64,000 nucleotides of DNA from Amphiscolops sp. MND2022. Lineage: Eukaryota. The first letter of the stretch is position 1; each line of letters opens with the position of its first letter. The DNA is taken from assembly GCA_964187785.1 (NCBI GenBank), contig OZ076415.1, positions 18,538,001 to 18,602,000 of the forward strand, given 5' to 3'. A program made the position numbers and the translations under genes. The notes below the pieces were generated by a model. The model ran no database searches. It was not told the origin of the DNA and was given only the letters and a program-made list of their open reading frames with translations. Below are positions 1-9,862 of this stretch, one piece after another.

Positions 1-3
1 CCT

Positions 4-2677
4 ATGTCACATGAGGCCATTAAGCAGGTGGATAGTCCAGGAGCACAAACTTTAGCTGGACTCAAAGCTGAGGCAATTGCCGAGAAGTCAAAATCTGGAA
101 GTCGTAAGAAACAGCGTAAAACTACTGCTCGCACAACTGGGGGAAGCGGACATCGGGTTCCACGTGGATGCAAAATCATGAAGGAGGCGTACTTCAAGGG
201 AATGGAGTGGACCAAGACCTTCGTATCAGGTCCGGTTGATCCTCGTTGGAATCCATACAAGTTTTATTGCCAGATCTGCAAGGGCAATGTCTCAATTTAT
301 GGTCGCGGGGCGCGTGAGATCCTTCGTCATCATGCCACTGAGCGTCACCTCCGGAAGGACCAAAGGTGGCGGTATGAACACTTGGCAGTAGAAGATCCAG
401 TGACGAAAACCCTGCGAAGTTACGGTGACATTGGCATGCTGAGGAATTTCTGGCGTGACGTGGGCGTCGTAGTGAATCACCAATCGCTCTTAACCGACTT
501 CAACTGGAGCAAAGAACGGCTATCGGTACGTAATTCCCTCTGGTCAAGTTGACCCTAAGTCTATGTTAAGAGTGTAGTCTTCTATTTGGCTAGTTATGAC
601 CCTGATGTTGTTGTTCTAGGCTCTCTTCCATCATTTATTCATCCGTACTATCCACGACGTTGCTGAGCACGTTGTGGCTTCTGGTGAATACTCCCTGGAG
701 TTTGTAAAACAGGGTGTCTTTCTGCTCGTCTTCATCCGTTTTTGGAGGAAAGATGAGCTGTGCCGAATATTCCTGAAGCGAACTGGAAGAGTCTTGGGAC
801 AATCATCGGCAGAGTTGTGCTTGATTGCTGACGTCATGGCCGCTTTATCTACCAGCCCAAACATTGTCAGTTGCTCTGGGTGTTCCTTGGAGACAATTCA
901 ATTAGTCGACAACTCTCCGTACTTTGGGTATGGGCTTCAGCGTCCCCTCAGATTCGAGGACTTCTCAATTGCGCGCCTCATGCATAAGGAGAGTTATAGT
1001 GTCTTCGGGCGCATTGACTTCCACTCAGTCCTCAAATATCTGGTAGTCTTCCTGGGTGGATGTCTGGACTGTGACTGGACACTGATGACTCCTGTACTTG
1101 CGGAGGTAAGGTTCTATCTTTTCACTTCATGGTGAGAATCTTTTGTACGGTACAATTGGTCTAATGTTTTCAGGCAGTACGAACTTGCCGAATAGAGTTG
1201 GCTACGCTCCCAACCTTATGCCAGGAATTGCTCACAAACTGGACCAAGGTGATAGAGTACCTGAATGCACATGCCCCTCCACATGAGATGATGGGCGTCA
1301 GAAAACAGGTGAGTTGATGCCGTCACGATGACCTTCAGTCCACTTTACATTATTTTGATATTGAATCGTTGTTACAGCCCCAGAACCTGGAACGTGCGAT
1401 GATCCAGGATGAGCTATTTCTCTGTCGTCTTGAACTTTTCTACCGCCTTGTTAGAGATTGTTAGTATGAATCACAACGTCTATATGACCCTTCGTGGTGT
1501 GGTTTTTCTTACATGTCTTAGGCTACCTTGTTTAGACTTGTTTAGACACCACTAGTTTTGTGCCTCATCTAGTGGAAAGACGGGATCATGGCTTCCATAT
1601 CTACAGACAATTGTGCCAAAACTTGTTCAAGCTTGGGAGGCGTTGTATCAAGGCAAAGAGCTTGCCGCAGGAGACAGATCTCTCTGGGATCCTGGGTGTA
1701 TCAGTTTCTGACGCCAGGGCTTTAGCTGTCCCAGACTTCATTGCTCGCTCCAAACTAGACCAACGCCTCAACACCGCTTGCAAAATCAAGGCCGAAAAGG
1801 AGCTTAGTGATAAAAAGATCAATCGTGCTAATTTGCGGCCAAGCTTGTGAAGGAGAGGAAGGAGGAGTTTGGGCGACTTGGCCGAAGCTATGTTGCCTAC
1901 TTGTTTCACGCGGTCCAGAGCAACCTACAGTTAACATCAGATATTGTGAAAGGGATGGGAGCATTCGACCTTGACATCATGTTCCGATCTCCGCTCAGTC
2001 AGGCTCTGTATTGTTTCAAGCAGCTGTTTCGCAGCTTCCAACTGCGCGGTTATTACCAGGCCGATGATGAGTCAATCTGCACCGAAGAATATCTATCTTT
2101 TCTTGACGAACTGCGCAAAGAGTTCCCTGATTTGGACCAGCCCAGAATCATCATCACTGATGCAGTTTCCTTCATTTCAGGCCATGTCACCCTGCAATCG
2201 CGCCCGCACCTAGCTCGGATTTTCAGGCTATGCTGCTTATGTTTGGATCAGAGTTTTAATGCCATGCCTGCAGTAAAATTTGGCCCTGTTCGGACTGATG
2301 ACCCTAAGAGCAAGTTGATAGACACCATCCTGCCTGTCCAGTCCTATTTTATTAATGTTGGGCGGAGCATTGATGCCCTCACAACTGATTCTTCTATTGC
2401 AGAATTCTTGGCGTTCGAGCCCTCATTCGGAGGTTCAGCATTTTCGGATACTTATAGTCCTTGGGACGGGATGAATCTGTTCGATCGTGCTAAGATTCTT
2501 TCTACTCTAAAGCCTGTTTCAATGAAGAAGAAGGGAGATACCCGAAAGTTGAGATTTAAAGGACTGAAAGGCGACAAAAGTTCGAAAAGTCTCCCTCCCC
2601 CTAGTGCTAAGAACTCGCCAGTGAAACGGCAGTCTGATAGCGAATTGCCATCCCCTTCGTTTACTAAAGACTCCTAA
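4..2677 (+). CDS. Spliced antisense accessory gene of Gypsy-A (BED-like Zn finger plus hAT-transposase-like body); 5' end probably outside window; one frameshift
   Basis: Exons <=4-525, 620-1105, 1174-1308, 1378-1459, 1546-2677. GT-AG introns 526-619, 1106-1173, 1309-1377, 1460-1545 (phases 0,0,0,1). The spliced product aligns with the Gypsy-B copy across every junction. One-nt frameshift near 1835-1846. Motif FYCQICK...HHATERH. Confidence 0.8.
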
Positions 2678-2888
2678 TTGTACTATATGTACATCTATGT
2701 GTATTTGTATTTATGTATTCTTTCGTTTGTCTGTCAGTCTTGAGTCTTTTATCTGTCTGTTTGAATAATCGTGTCATTTTGACATTCGTTTGGAATTTCC
2801 TGTAGTCCAATAAGTCAGTCAAGGCCCATAAAAGATGGTTTGGAAAATCAGAAAAAGTTCTACGGGCCAGAAAATTTACATATTCTGA

Positions 2889-5800
2889 CTAGTATCTGTA
2901 TTCATCAGTGAAGTTGGGGGTAGGATTGGGACGTAGGTTATATCTCCCTCCCCTAGGACTTTCATTTTCTACAACACAATCATCAGTTTCTTCAATTAAT
3001 ACATCGGGCACGGTTGTATCGTTCCCCCTGGAAGTTGAAATTTCTGAATTTTCATCTCTAGGAAAGTCCTGATTGGTCAATTCATCGTTTTCAGATTCGG
3101 TACTTTGTTGCCGTCTAGCGGACTGACGGTCCTCATTGTGTGCGTTTCTTGGGTACTGCTCCGTATTATCAGCCTCAGTATTTGTTTGCCGTCGCGCGGA
3201 CCGAAGGTCCGCTTCGTTTATTTCGTTTGAGCGTGAGTCACTATCAGTATCATCAGCGTGAGCGGCGTCAGTATTTGTTTGCCGTCGCGTGGACCGTAGG
3301 TCCAAATCTGTGATTATAGCATCTTGTTCATCGGAATTGGTAGGGAGTTCATTAGTAACAGTCCGATTTTCAGAATTAGGAGGGAAATCGTCAAAATTGG
3401 TTTCCCATGAAATGATGTACAGATCATCTTGTGGAATAATAATTTCATCGTCTGCTTGTAAATTTCCTTCGGGACGAATGTCTTGTGGGGTAGTATTTGG
3501 AGTGTATTTTCTAAGGCGTATTCGGTGTAATATCTGCGTTTTGTTAGTACTAAGTTTGCGAACAATATAGTTGTCGTTAGGTAAAACTTTTTCAATGACG
3601 TACGGTCCGATCCAACGAAATTCACGAAAAGGAATTTTAGAGCCTTGATGGTCAGCTAGAGGTTGTAAAATGAAGCAAAAATCTCCTTGTTGTAGAGGAG
3701 CTGCTTTAGCCTTTCGGTCATAATATTCCTTGTACTTTAAATATGATTGCATGATGTTTTTCTTTGTTTGATCAATTAGTATTTGCGTACGTCTTCGAAA
3801 TTCTTCAGCAAAATCAGTCGTTGGAGTGATCTTTGGGTTAGGGTTTAATCCTAACCGATGGTCTAAGATATTATAGGGTACTCTTCCGTGAAAAATTCGG
3901 GTGGGTTCGCATCCAAGACTTGAATGATAGGTCGTGTTATAATTAAGGACGGCCAATGGGAGATATTTGTGCCATTGACGCCTGTATTCACCTGATGCCA
4001 TTTTAAGGTTGCCCTTAAGGCTGGCATGAGTGCGTTCTAGTTTGCCTATCGTCTGAGGATGCTTTGTGGTCGCGCACCGAAGGTGAATTCCTAAAATTTT
4101 GGTAATTTCTTCTAGTAGTTTGGACGTAAAGGCAGTGCCTTTGTCGGTGATCAGCGTAGTCGGCAAGTAGGAATGTTTTGTCATGATATCAATAATGACC
4201 TTTGCCGTATTGACGGCCGAAGCGTCCGTTACTGGGTAGGCAAAAAGATATCTCGAAAACACGTCCAGAGCCGTTATGACATTTTCGTAACCTCCACTTG
4301 GGGGTAAGTTGGGCAGAATGTCAATTTGTAAGGCATCTTCTGGGCCAAGATCCCATTCAGGTAAAGTGAGTAATTCAGGTGTTATGGATGCATTGTTGAT
4401 TCTTTTGTCTTTTATACAAATTTCACACCCTTGGACCCACTTTTTGACAATTTTTGCAATTCCAGGAAAGTAGTATTTTCGTCGAATTTCGTGCAGCATT
4501 TTTGAGATTCCCGGGTGTTTGTTCGCGGAACCATGTAGTGATTGAAGTAATTCTGTGACTAGATGTTTCGGTAATAATGCTTGGCGGAATTGGACACTGC
4601 CTGTTTCATCGTAGTAGTCTCTGAAAATGATGTCATCATGTACGGACAGACGGTCAATTTGACGGCAGTAATGTCGGTAGCGCGAATCTTGCTGTAAGAT
4701 GGTTTCAGAGTATTCTTCTTTTTGCAGTTTGAGTCGTAATTGATGCAAGATAAGGTCGTTCTGTTGTTCTATAGCCATGGTGGTTGGTTTTGTCAGTTTT
4801 TGTATATTTTGAGGTTGGAATTGTGTATTATCATGAGTGCTAAGATGATCTAACAAAATATCAGGAGGTTGATTCATAGGATTTGACCTGGCATCTTGTT
4901 TGCGCTTCCAGATTTGTTCTTCGGTTTCCTCGTCATCGTCTGTATAGAAGATCTGTTCCTCTTCAGTGACTCCCGCCGATTGGACGTTGAGTTCAATGGG
5001 TGTGGTGGGGATGTCCTCCCGTATTCGGAGTATGAGTTTCTCTTTGGGACAGATTTCAAGACGAGACAAATAATCTGCAGCGGTATTGTTTTTGCCTGGT
5101 ATATGAGCGATCGTGAAACTAAACTGCATAACGTAGTCACACGCGTTCCACAATGTAGGTGGAATGATTTTTGTTTGAAAAAAGCGAGTGACTGACTTGT
5201 TGTCTGTTAGTATTATCACCGGTTTCGGGGTCCCCCAGAAGATATGGCCAAACTCTTTGAATGCAAAGAATATTGCTAGGAATTCTTTCGCATAAATGGA
5301 CATCTTCAGTTGGGCTGGACTAAAGGTCTTGGATCCATATGCTACAGGTGCGAAGGCTTTTCGCATCGAAGTATACTTTTCCATCGGATCGTCCTCGATG
5401 AGAACTGCATAACCTGCTGCCGAAAAACTAGCGTCTGCCATCAGGGCTATCTGTTTATCGGGTAGAGGTTGTTTGAGTGCCAGTTCACAACATCGGTCAA
5501 GAGCTTTGTTGATCTCGGTGAATTTCTCTAACAGATCGGGTGTCACCATGACTTTGGCATCACTTTTCAATAATTTGAAGAACGGTGTGAGTTTTTCTGA
5601 GAGCCTTGGGATGTAGTTACGGTAGTAGTTCAAGAATCCCAAGTATCTTTGAAGTGCTTTCTTGGATTTAGGGAATTTGGTCTTTTCCAAGAAATTCTGG
5701 ACCCTGGGTCGTTGTGGCCGCACCCCTTCAGGAGTGATGGTGCGTCCCAGGAAGTCGATTTCCTTGGCTCCGAAATGGCACTTGTGCATCGTTAGTTTGA

Positions 5801-8063
5801 GACCAGCGGTCCTGATGCACTGGAACGTTGCTCGAAGGTTGTTGATGAGCTGAGTAGCATCGTTTGCAGCTATCCCAATATCATCTACGTACTGAGCGCA
5901 TTGATCAGCTTTTATCACTTTATCCAGGTATTCGCGCATAAAGCTCGAGAATGCGGACAGCGCTCTGCTGAGACCTTGGGCAAGTCGACGATAGGCAAAG
6001 GTTCTGCTGGCAAAATTGAATGCCAGCATCTCGATTGACCTCTGGTCAGCCATCTGAAGGCAGTGGTATGCTTGAGAACAATCAAGTTTGCAAAATAATC
6101 GTTTGCCTGCCATGTACTGCGCAGCATCCGTTAGTGTGCTGACAGGATGGTTGTTGTTGATATAATCGTCGGAAATCAGGTTGTTGATCTTTCGGAGGTC
6201 GACCAGGAGTCGAAGTTTGCCGTTAGGTTTTTTCTGGGCAAAAATGGGACTTGCATATTTGGAAAATGGGAGAGTTGTTATAATCCCATATCGATGTAGT
6301 AGGACTAGTTCTACAAGGATATCTTTGAGGTTGATAGGAGTAGGTAAGCTTTGACTATAGGCAGGAGAGTCGTCTTTAGGGGTCAAAGTGACCTTGGAGT
6401 CCTCGTTCATACCTATATCAAAGCGTAGTCGTGCAAATATATCGTGAAATTCAACAAGTAATTCTTCAATTTGGGCAATTTCGGCTGGGTTTAGCGTCGA
6501 GTCTGTCCAGTCGAAGTTAGCAAGAAATTGTTTCCGCGATTCAGGGTCATCCTGAGGGTTGAGTTTCTCTAAATCTTGGAGATTTCGTAGTTCCCTAAGG
6601 ATTCTTTGTTGTATTGGTGTGTGAGTTTGGGGATCTCCTGGTTCTTCTGGAGTAGGGAACCAATAGTTCTCACTATCATCGCTAGTTTTCGGAGATTTGA
6701 TCAGGCTACTGGCATAATAGGCAGCATGTTCCGGGTTATCCTTCAAAAGGTGCCAAGTGGTCACAGGATCAATGGGTTTGACGTATTTCATCTGCTCTGG
6801 TGTGAGGACAGAGAAATTGGCAATGTGCGCACCTCTTTTGAGGGTGTACGGTTGGTCAGTGAAGTTGTTGACATGGATTGATACCTGACCTTGGGTCAGT
6901 GTGGCTAGAGCGGCGCAGAAGGTTATATCACCATCTTCTGCAAGGTCGTTGCTCGGTTGAAGAATTCCAGTGACGTTTGTGTCGTCATATAGTTGTGAGA
7001 ACATGGAAACCATATGTCTGTCGTTGGGGGGAATAGTTATGTCCTCCCGTGCACAGATAGGTTCCATGACGTTAGTGTACTTGTGGTCAGCTGTTTTCAA
7101 TTGCATGGAGAAGAAAGGGAAGTTTAAAACTCCTTGACGCATGTCCAGTATGGTATTGTTCCGTTGCAGGAACGAGAGACCAATTAACGGACTTGTGAGT
7201 TTTTCCATAACAATGAAGATCTCATGGAAATCGATGTCCCCGACCTCAAATTTGAGTTCAACGGTGCTCTTTGGAGTCTCCAGCTGTCCATTGGCTACCA
7301 TAATCTGGAAGTTGGGTGCCGGGCCCTCTTTAATTATTGACTGAGGGGCTAACAATCGGATTTTACGTAGATCAGCTTCTGGGATAGCGCTAGATAGGGC
7401 TCCCGTGTCTACAAGGCCATCTAATGTTAGTTCGCCAAAATCCATGGGGAAGTAGAGCATTCGTCGTTTGTATTTGAGTCCCAAATTGGTCGTCAACGGG
7501 ACGTAGTCAGGTTCACCATTTCGTGAGATCAGCGTGTTCACAAAGCGCTCTTCCACTGTTGCCGTCAATGTGACCAAAGGTCCATTGTGTGGAAGTTGTT
7601 CGGTTATTGCCTCCTGGATTGGTGAATTGGTGTTAATCCACACATTTTGCCAGGGGTCAACAGAGGCCGTGGATAGTTTTGTGTTCAGCATCTGATCAAT
7701 GTGGGGTTGATCATGTTCGATATCTACAATGTTTTTGGTAAAGTTTTTGTAGAAGTGTAGCTGATGTTGGTTGTAGATTTGAATGTCCCAATAGGGGTCG
7801 AATCCGAAGTCCGGGTCAGGATAATATGGGTTGTAGTTATCGATTAGGGGAAGGGGGCGAATGGTCGTAGTATTAGAGTGCTGTCTGTCGGACTGAAGGT
7901 CCGGGTTGTGTAAGTGAGTAGGCAAATGCTTCACCTGCTGCTGCCAGTCAGCTGATGAATTTTCTTTAATGGAAGAGTAATATTCAGTATAGTATATAGT
8001 AGGAGGATCAGATATTATATATTGTCTGATGCGTAATTTTTCATTAATATGGAGTCGTGGCAA
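2889..8063 (-). CDS. pol: Gypsy Pol polyprotein (protease, RT, RNase H, integrase), open reading frame
   Basis: 1724-aa ORF: LVDTGA (protease), LDCSQAY and YVDD (RT), DASF...EFLA...TDNK...ADYLSR (RNase H), H-H-C-C plus IDIL/TDKG/LER (integrase), WIGPY (GPY/F). Confidence 0.97.
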   Translation of the reverse strand: MPRLHINEKLRIRQYIISDPPTIYYTEYYSSIKENSSADWQQQVKHLPTHLHNPDLQSDRQHSNTTTIRPLPLIDNYNPYYPDPDFGFDPYWDIQIYNQHQLHFYKNFTKNIVDIEHDQPHIDQMLNTKLSTASVDPWQNVWINTNSPIQEAITEQLPHNGPLVTLTATVEERFVNTLISRNGEPDYVPLTTNLGLKYKRRMLYFPMDFGELTLDGLVDTGALSSAIPEADLRKIRLLAPQSIIKEGPAPNFQIMVANGQLETPKSTVELKFEVGDIDFHEIFIVMEKLTSPLIGLSFLQRNNTILDMRQGVLNFPFFSMQLKTADHKYTNVMEPICAREDITIPPNDRHMVSMFSQLYDDTNVTGILQPSNDLAEDGDITFCAALATLTQGQVSIHVNNFTDQPYTLKRGAHIANFSVLTPEQMKYVKPIDPVTTWHLLKDNPEHAAYYASSLIKSPKTSDDSENYWFPTPEEPGDPQTHTPIQQRILRELRNLQDLEKLNPQDDPESRKQFLANFDWTDSTLNPAEIAQIEELLVEFHDIFARLRFDIGMNEDSKVTLTPKDDSPAYSQSLPTPINLKDILVELVLLHRYGIITTLPFSKYASPIFAQKKPNGKLRLLVDLRKINNLISDDYINNNHPVSTLTDAAQYMAGKRLFCKLDCSQAYHCLQMADQRSIEMLAFNFASRTFAYRRLAQGLSRALSAFSSFMREYLDKVIKADQCAQYVDDIGIAANDATQLINNLRATFQCIRTAGLKLTMHKCHFGAKEIDFLGRTITPEGVRPQRPRVQNFLEKTKFPKSKKALQRYLGFLNYYRNYIPRLSEKLTPFFKLLKSDAKVMVTPDLLEKFTEINKALDRCCELALKQPLPDKQIALMADASFSAAGYAVLIEDDPMEKYTSMRKAFAPVAYGSKTFSPAQLKMSIYAKEFLAIFFAFKEFGHIFWGTPKPVIILTDNKSVTRFFQTKIIPPTLWNACDYVMQFSFTIAHIPGKNNTAADYLSRLEICPKEKLILRIREDIPTTPIELNVQSAGVTEEEQIFYTDDDEETEEQIWKRKQDARSNPMNQPPDILLDHLSTHDNTQFQPQNIQKLTKPTTMAIEQQNDLILHQLRLKLQKEEYSETILQQDSRYRHYCRQIDRLSVHDDIIFRDYYDETGSVQFRQALLPKHLVTELLQSLHGSANKHPGISKMLHEIRRKYYFPGIAKIVKKWVQGCEICIKDKRINNASITPELLTLPEWDLGPEDALQIDILPNLPPSGGYENVITALDVFSRYLFAYPVTDASAVNTAKVIIDIMTKHSYLPTTLITDKGTAFTSKLLEEITKILGIHLRCATTKHPQTIGKLERTHASLKGNLKMASGEYRRQWHKYLPLAVLNYNTTYHSSLGCEPTRIFHGRVPYNILDHRLGLNPNPKITPTTDFAEEFRRRTQILIDQTKKNIMQSYLKYKEYYDRKAKAAPLQQGDFCFILQPLADHQGSKIPFREFRWIGPYVIEKVLPNDNYIVRKLSTNKTQILHRIRLRKYTPNTTPQDIRPEGNLQADDEIIIPQDDLYIISWETNFDDFPPNSENRTVTNELPTNSDEQDAIITDLDLRSTRRQTNTDAAHADDTDSDSRSNEINEADLRSARRQTNTEADNTEQYPRNAHNEDRQSARRQQSTESENDELTNQDFPRDENSEISTSRGNDTTVPDVLIEETDDCVVENESPRGGRYNLRPNPTPNFTDEYRY

Positions 8064-8065
8064 AT

Positions 8066-9862
8066 CTAGTTTTTTGAGTTTTTAAGGATAGAAGTTGTGG
8101 GTTTATTGGTAGGGTCATCACGACTACTGGTCGTGTCGTCATCCTTTGGACTATCCAATTTGAGGTTTTTGGGGTTGAGGTGGGCTCCAGCGCCTTTCCA
8201 ACATCTCTCCGCCGGGTGATTGGTTTTGTCACAAGTCGGGCACTTTGGGTACTCTTTTTTGGTACTCGAGCCTTCATTGCGTTTTTGCTCTTCCTTTCGT
8301 TTTAGTTTTCGGCAATCGTCTTTGACATGTCCAGGTTTTTTGCAGTAGTTGCAAGTTATTCCTGGGTCAATGCCTGATGAAAGGAGTCCTTGACCCGGTC
8401 GTGTGGCTGTCGGGGCTGTTGACATTGTGGGAACGGGAATGTCGTCGCCTTCCTCAAGTCCATTCAACTCCAGTTCTCGTTCGAGATGAGTGACAATTTC
8501 TTCATAGGTGGCATTCTCTAATCGTGCCATGTTGACTGAACGTTTGAGTTTCGGTGGGAGTTTTGCGTATAGCAGACTGTCAATCATGGCTTGTGCGTGC
8601 TCGCCAAAGGCTTTTTCGGCGCCCTGATTGGATTCCTCGAGAAAATCGGGCAATTTCATTGTGTTTGGGTCAAATACCAATTTGTGCCATTTATGTTTGG
8701 CAGTTGCCTGGGATTCAGGTTTGACATATTTCCTACGAAACACAGCTAGTACGTCTTCTAAGGTTTGTCTATTTGCTGAACTGATGTTGCGGAAGGTTTG
8801 CAGGGCATTTTTGCGCAACAGTGAATGAAAGTGATTAATTTTCATTGCTTCCGTCATATCGGGTTGCATCTTTATCACCGTGTGAAAAAGGTCTTCAAAC
8901 AGTTCGAATTTTTCAGATTTGCCGTCAAATGTAAGTGTGGCAGTATTGACTGGTCGTACCATCAGTGTTTGTGCTGATGATTTGTTGTTCATTCCCATAA
9001 TGACATCGGCAAGTCTGTTTATGGGGTCTAATGGTGTTTGGGGCTGCATTTCCCGGTCATTGATAGGGTTTGAGGGAATCTGTGCCGGGAGAGTGGTATC
9101 TAATGTGTCATCGTTGACGCATTGTTGATGGGGAATTTTGTTTCTGGACTGCGTGGGACGTCCGGTCAGAAATTCAGGGACTACATGTGGAGTAAGGTTG
9201 GCTCCTGTCACCATGTCATAACCTTCATCATTTTCACTCTGTTCAGAATCTCCCAAACATTCCATTTGATGATTTGAAAGGTTATTTGCTGTCTTGTTTA
9301 GTCTAGGAAAATTCTCTCTTGAGTCCTGGACCTGTTGGCCAAATTTAATTTTATGCCGTCCATATGACCCAAGGTCCAAAGTCTGGTCCAAAGGGACGTT
9401 CCTACTCGGATGCCGTCCATCTGACCGAAGGTCCAATTTCGCGTTTTTACACTCCCTTTGATTTACTATGACATTTTCGATGCTCGGTAGTATTTTTTCA
9501 TCAATAGCAGAGTTTATTACCGCCATAATATGGGAATTTAGGTCAGATTTCATTTCTTCCAATTTCCTTGACATCTGTGAAGAAATTTCTGAACTAATTG
9601 CTCTGCTAGTTTCTACTGTAATTTCACTATTCTCACTCAAATTTGTATTCAAAAGAGATCTATAGTTACTTTCTTCATGACTGAAACCTGGTTGCCGTCT
9701 ACTTGACTCAGGGTCAATTTCTATTTGATCTACCGTGTTTTGGTCCCTAATTTCGCTGTTTAAGTAATTTCCGAGCATCACATCTAGATTTTCAATATCA
9801 GACATTATGTCAGATTGTCTTGAACGTTTCTCTTTCGCCTTTTGTCTTCTAGTTGAAGGCAT
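8066..9862 (-). CDS. gag: Gypsy Gag (N-terminal ~216 codons lie inside the 5' LTR)
   Basis: 598-aa ORF with CNYCKKPGHVKDDC and CPTCDKTNHPAERC knuckles; ATG at 9862 is inside LTR 9214-10716. Confidence 0.93.
   Translation of the reverse strand: MPSTRRQKAKEKRSRQSDIMSDIENLDVMLGNYLNSEIRDQNTVDQIEIDPESSRRQPGFSHEESNYRSLLNTNLSENSEITVETSRAISSEISSQMSRKLEEMKSDLNSHIMAVINSAIDEKILPSIENVIVNQRECKNAKLDLRSDGRHPSRNVPLDQTLDLGSYGRHKIKFGQQVQDSRENFPRLNKTANNLSNHQMECLGDSEQSENDEGYDMVTGANLTPHVVPEFLTGRPTQSRNKIPHQQCVNDDTLDTTLPAQIPSNPINDREMQPQTPLDPINRLADVIMGMNNKSSAQTLMVRPVNTATLTFDGKSEKFELFEDLFHTVIKMQPDMTEAMKINHFHSLLRKNALQTFRNISSANRQTLEDVLAVFRRKYVKPESQATAKHKWHKLVFDPNTMKLPDFLEESNQGAEKAFGEHAQAMIDSLLYAKLPPKLKRSVNMARLENATYEEIVTHLERELELNGLEEGDDIPVPTMSTAPTATRPGQGLLSSGIDPGITCNYCKKPGHVKDDCRKLKRKEEQKRNEGSSTKKEYPKCPTCDKTNHPAERCWKGAGAHLNPKNLKLDSPKDDDTTSSRDDPTNKPTTSILKNSKN
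8069..8075 (-). promoter_or_regulatory. -1 ribosomal frameshift slippery site A AAA AAC (gag-pol)
   Basis: X XXY YYZ heptamer in the gag frame just before the gag stop; pol is in the -1 frame; identical site in Gypsy-B at 50070-50076. Confidence 0.8.
9201..9213 (-). promoter_or_regulatory. Primer binding site TGGTGACAGGAGC (Gypsy-A)
   Basis: Starts with TGG directly after the LTR-terminal CA; identical 13 nt in Gypsy-B; lies within gag and encodes (M)VTG. Confidence 0.85.

Noticed and set aside
1528-1547. 10-bp tandem duplication TTGTTTAGAC read as a frameshift lesion
   Set aside because: It lies at the end of intron 4; splicing at the second TTTAG gives the same R-D-Y-T junction as copy B.
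4-2677. Antisense ORFs as an env gene
   Set aside because: Wrong strand, spliced, zinc-finger and NLS-like features, and no evident signal peptide or transmembrane anchor.
9201-9213. Assigning the primer tRNAs (Gypsy PBS resembles tRNA-Leu-type ends; BEL PBS core resembles tRNA-Ile-type ends)
   Set aside because: The matches are imperfect against remembered metazoan tRNA ends, and the host tRNA set is needed to decide.
3289-9665. Numerous 60-110 aa ORFs overlapping gag and pol on other frames or strands (also in the BEL and Gypsy-B pol regions)
   Set aside because: Shadow ORFs of long coding regions; not conserved between the paired elements.
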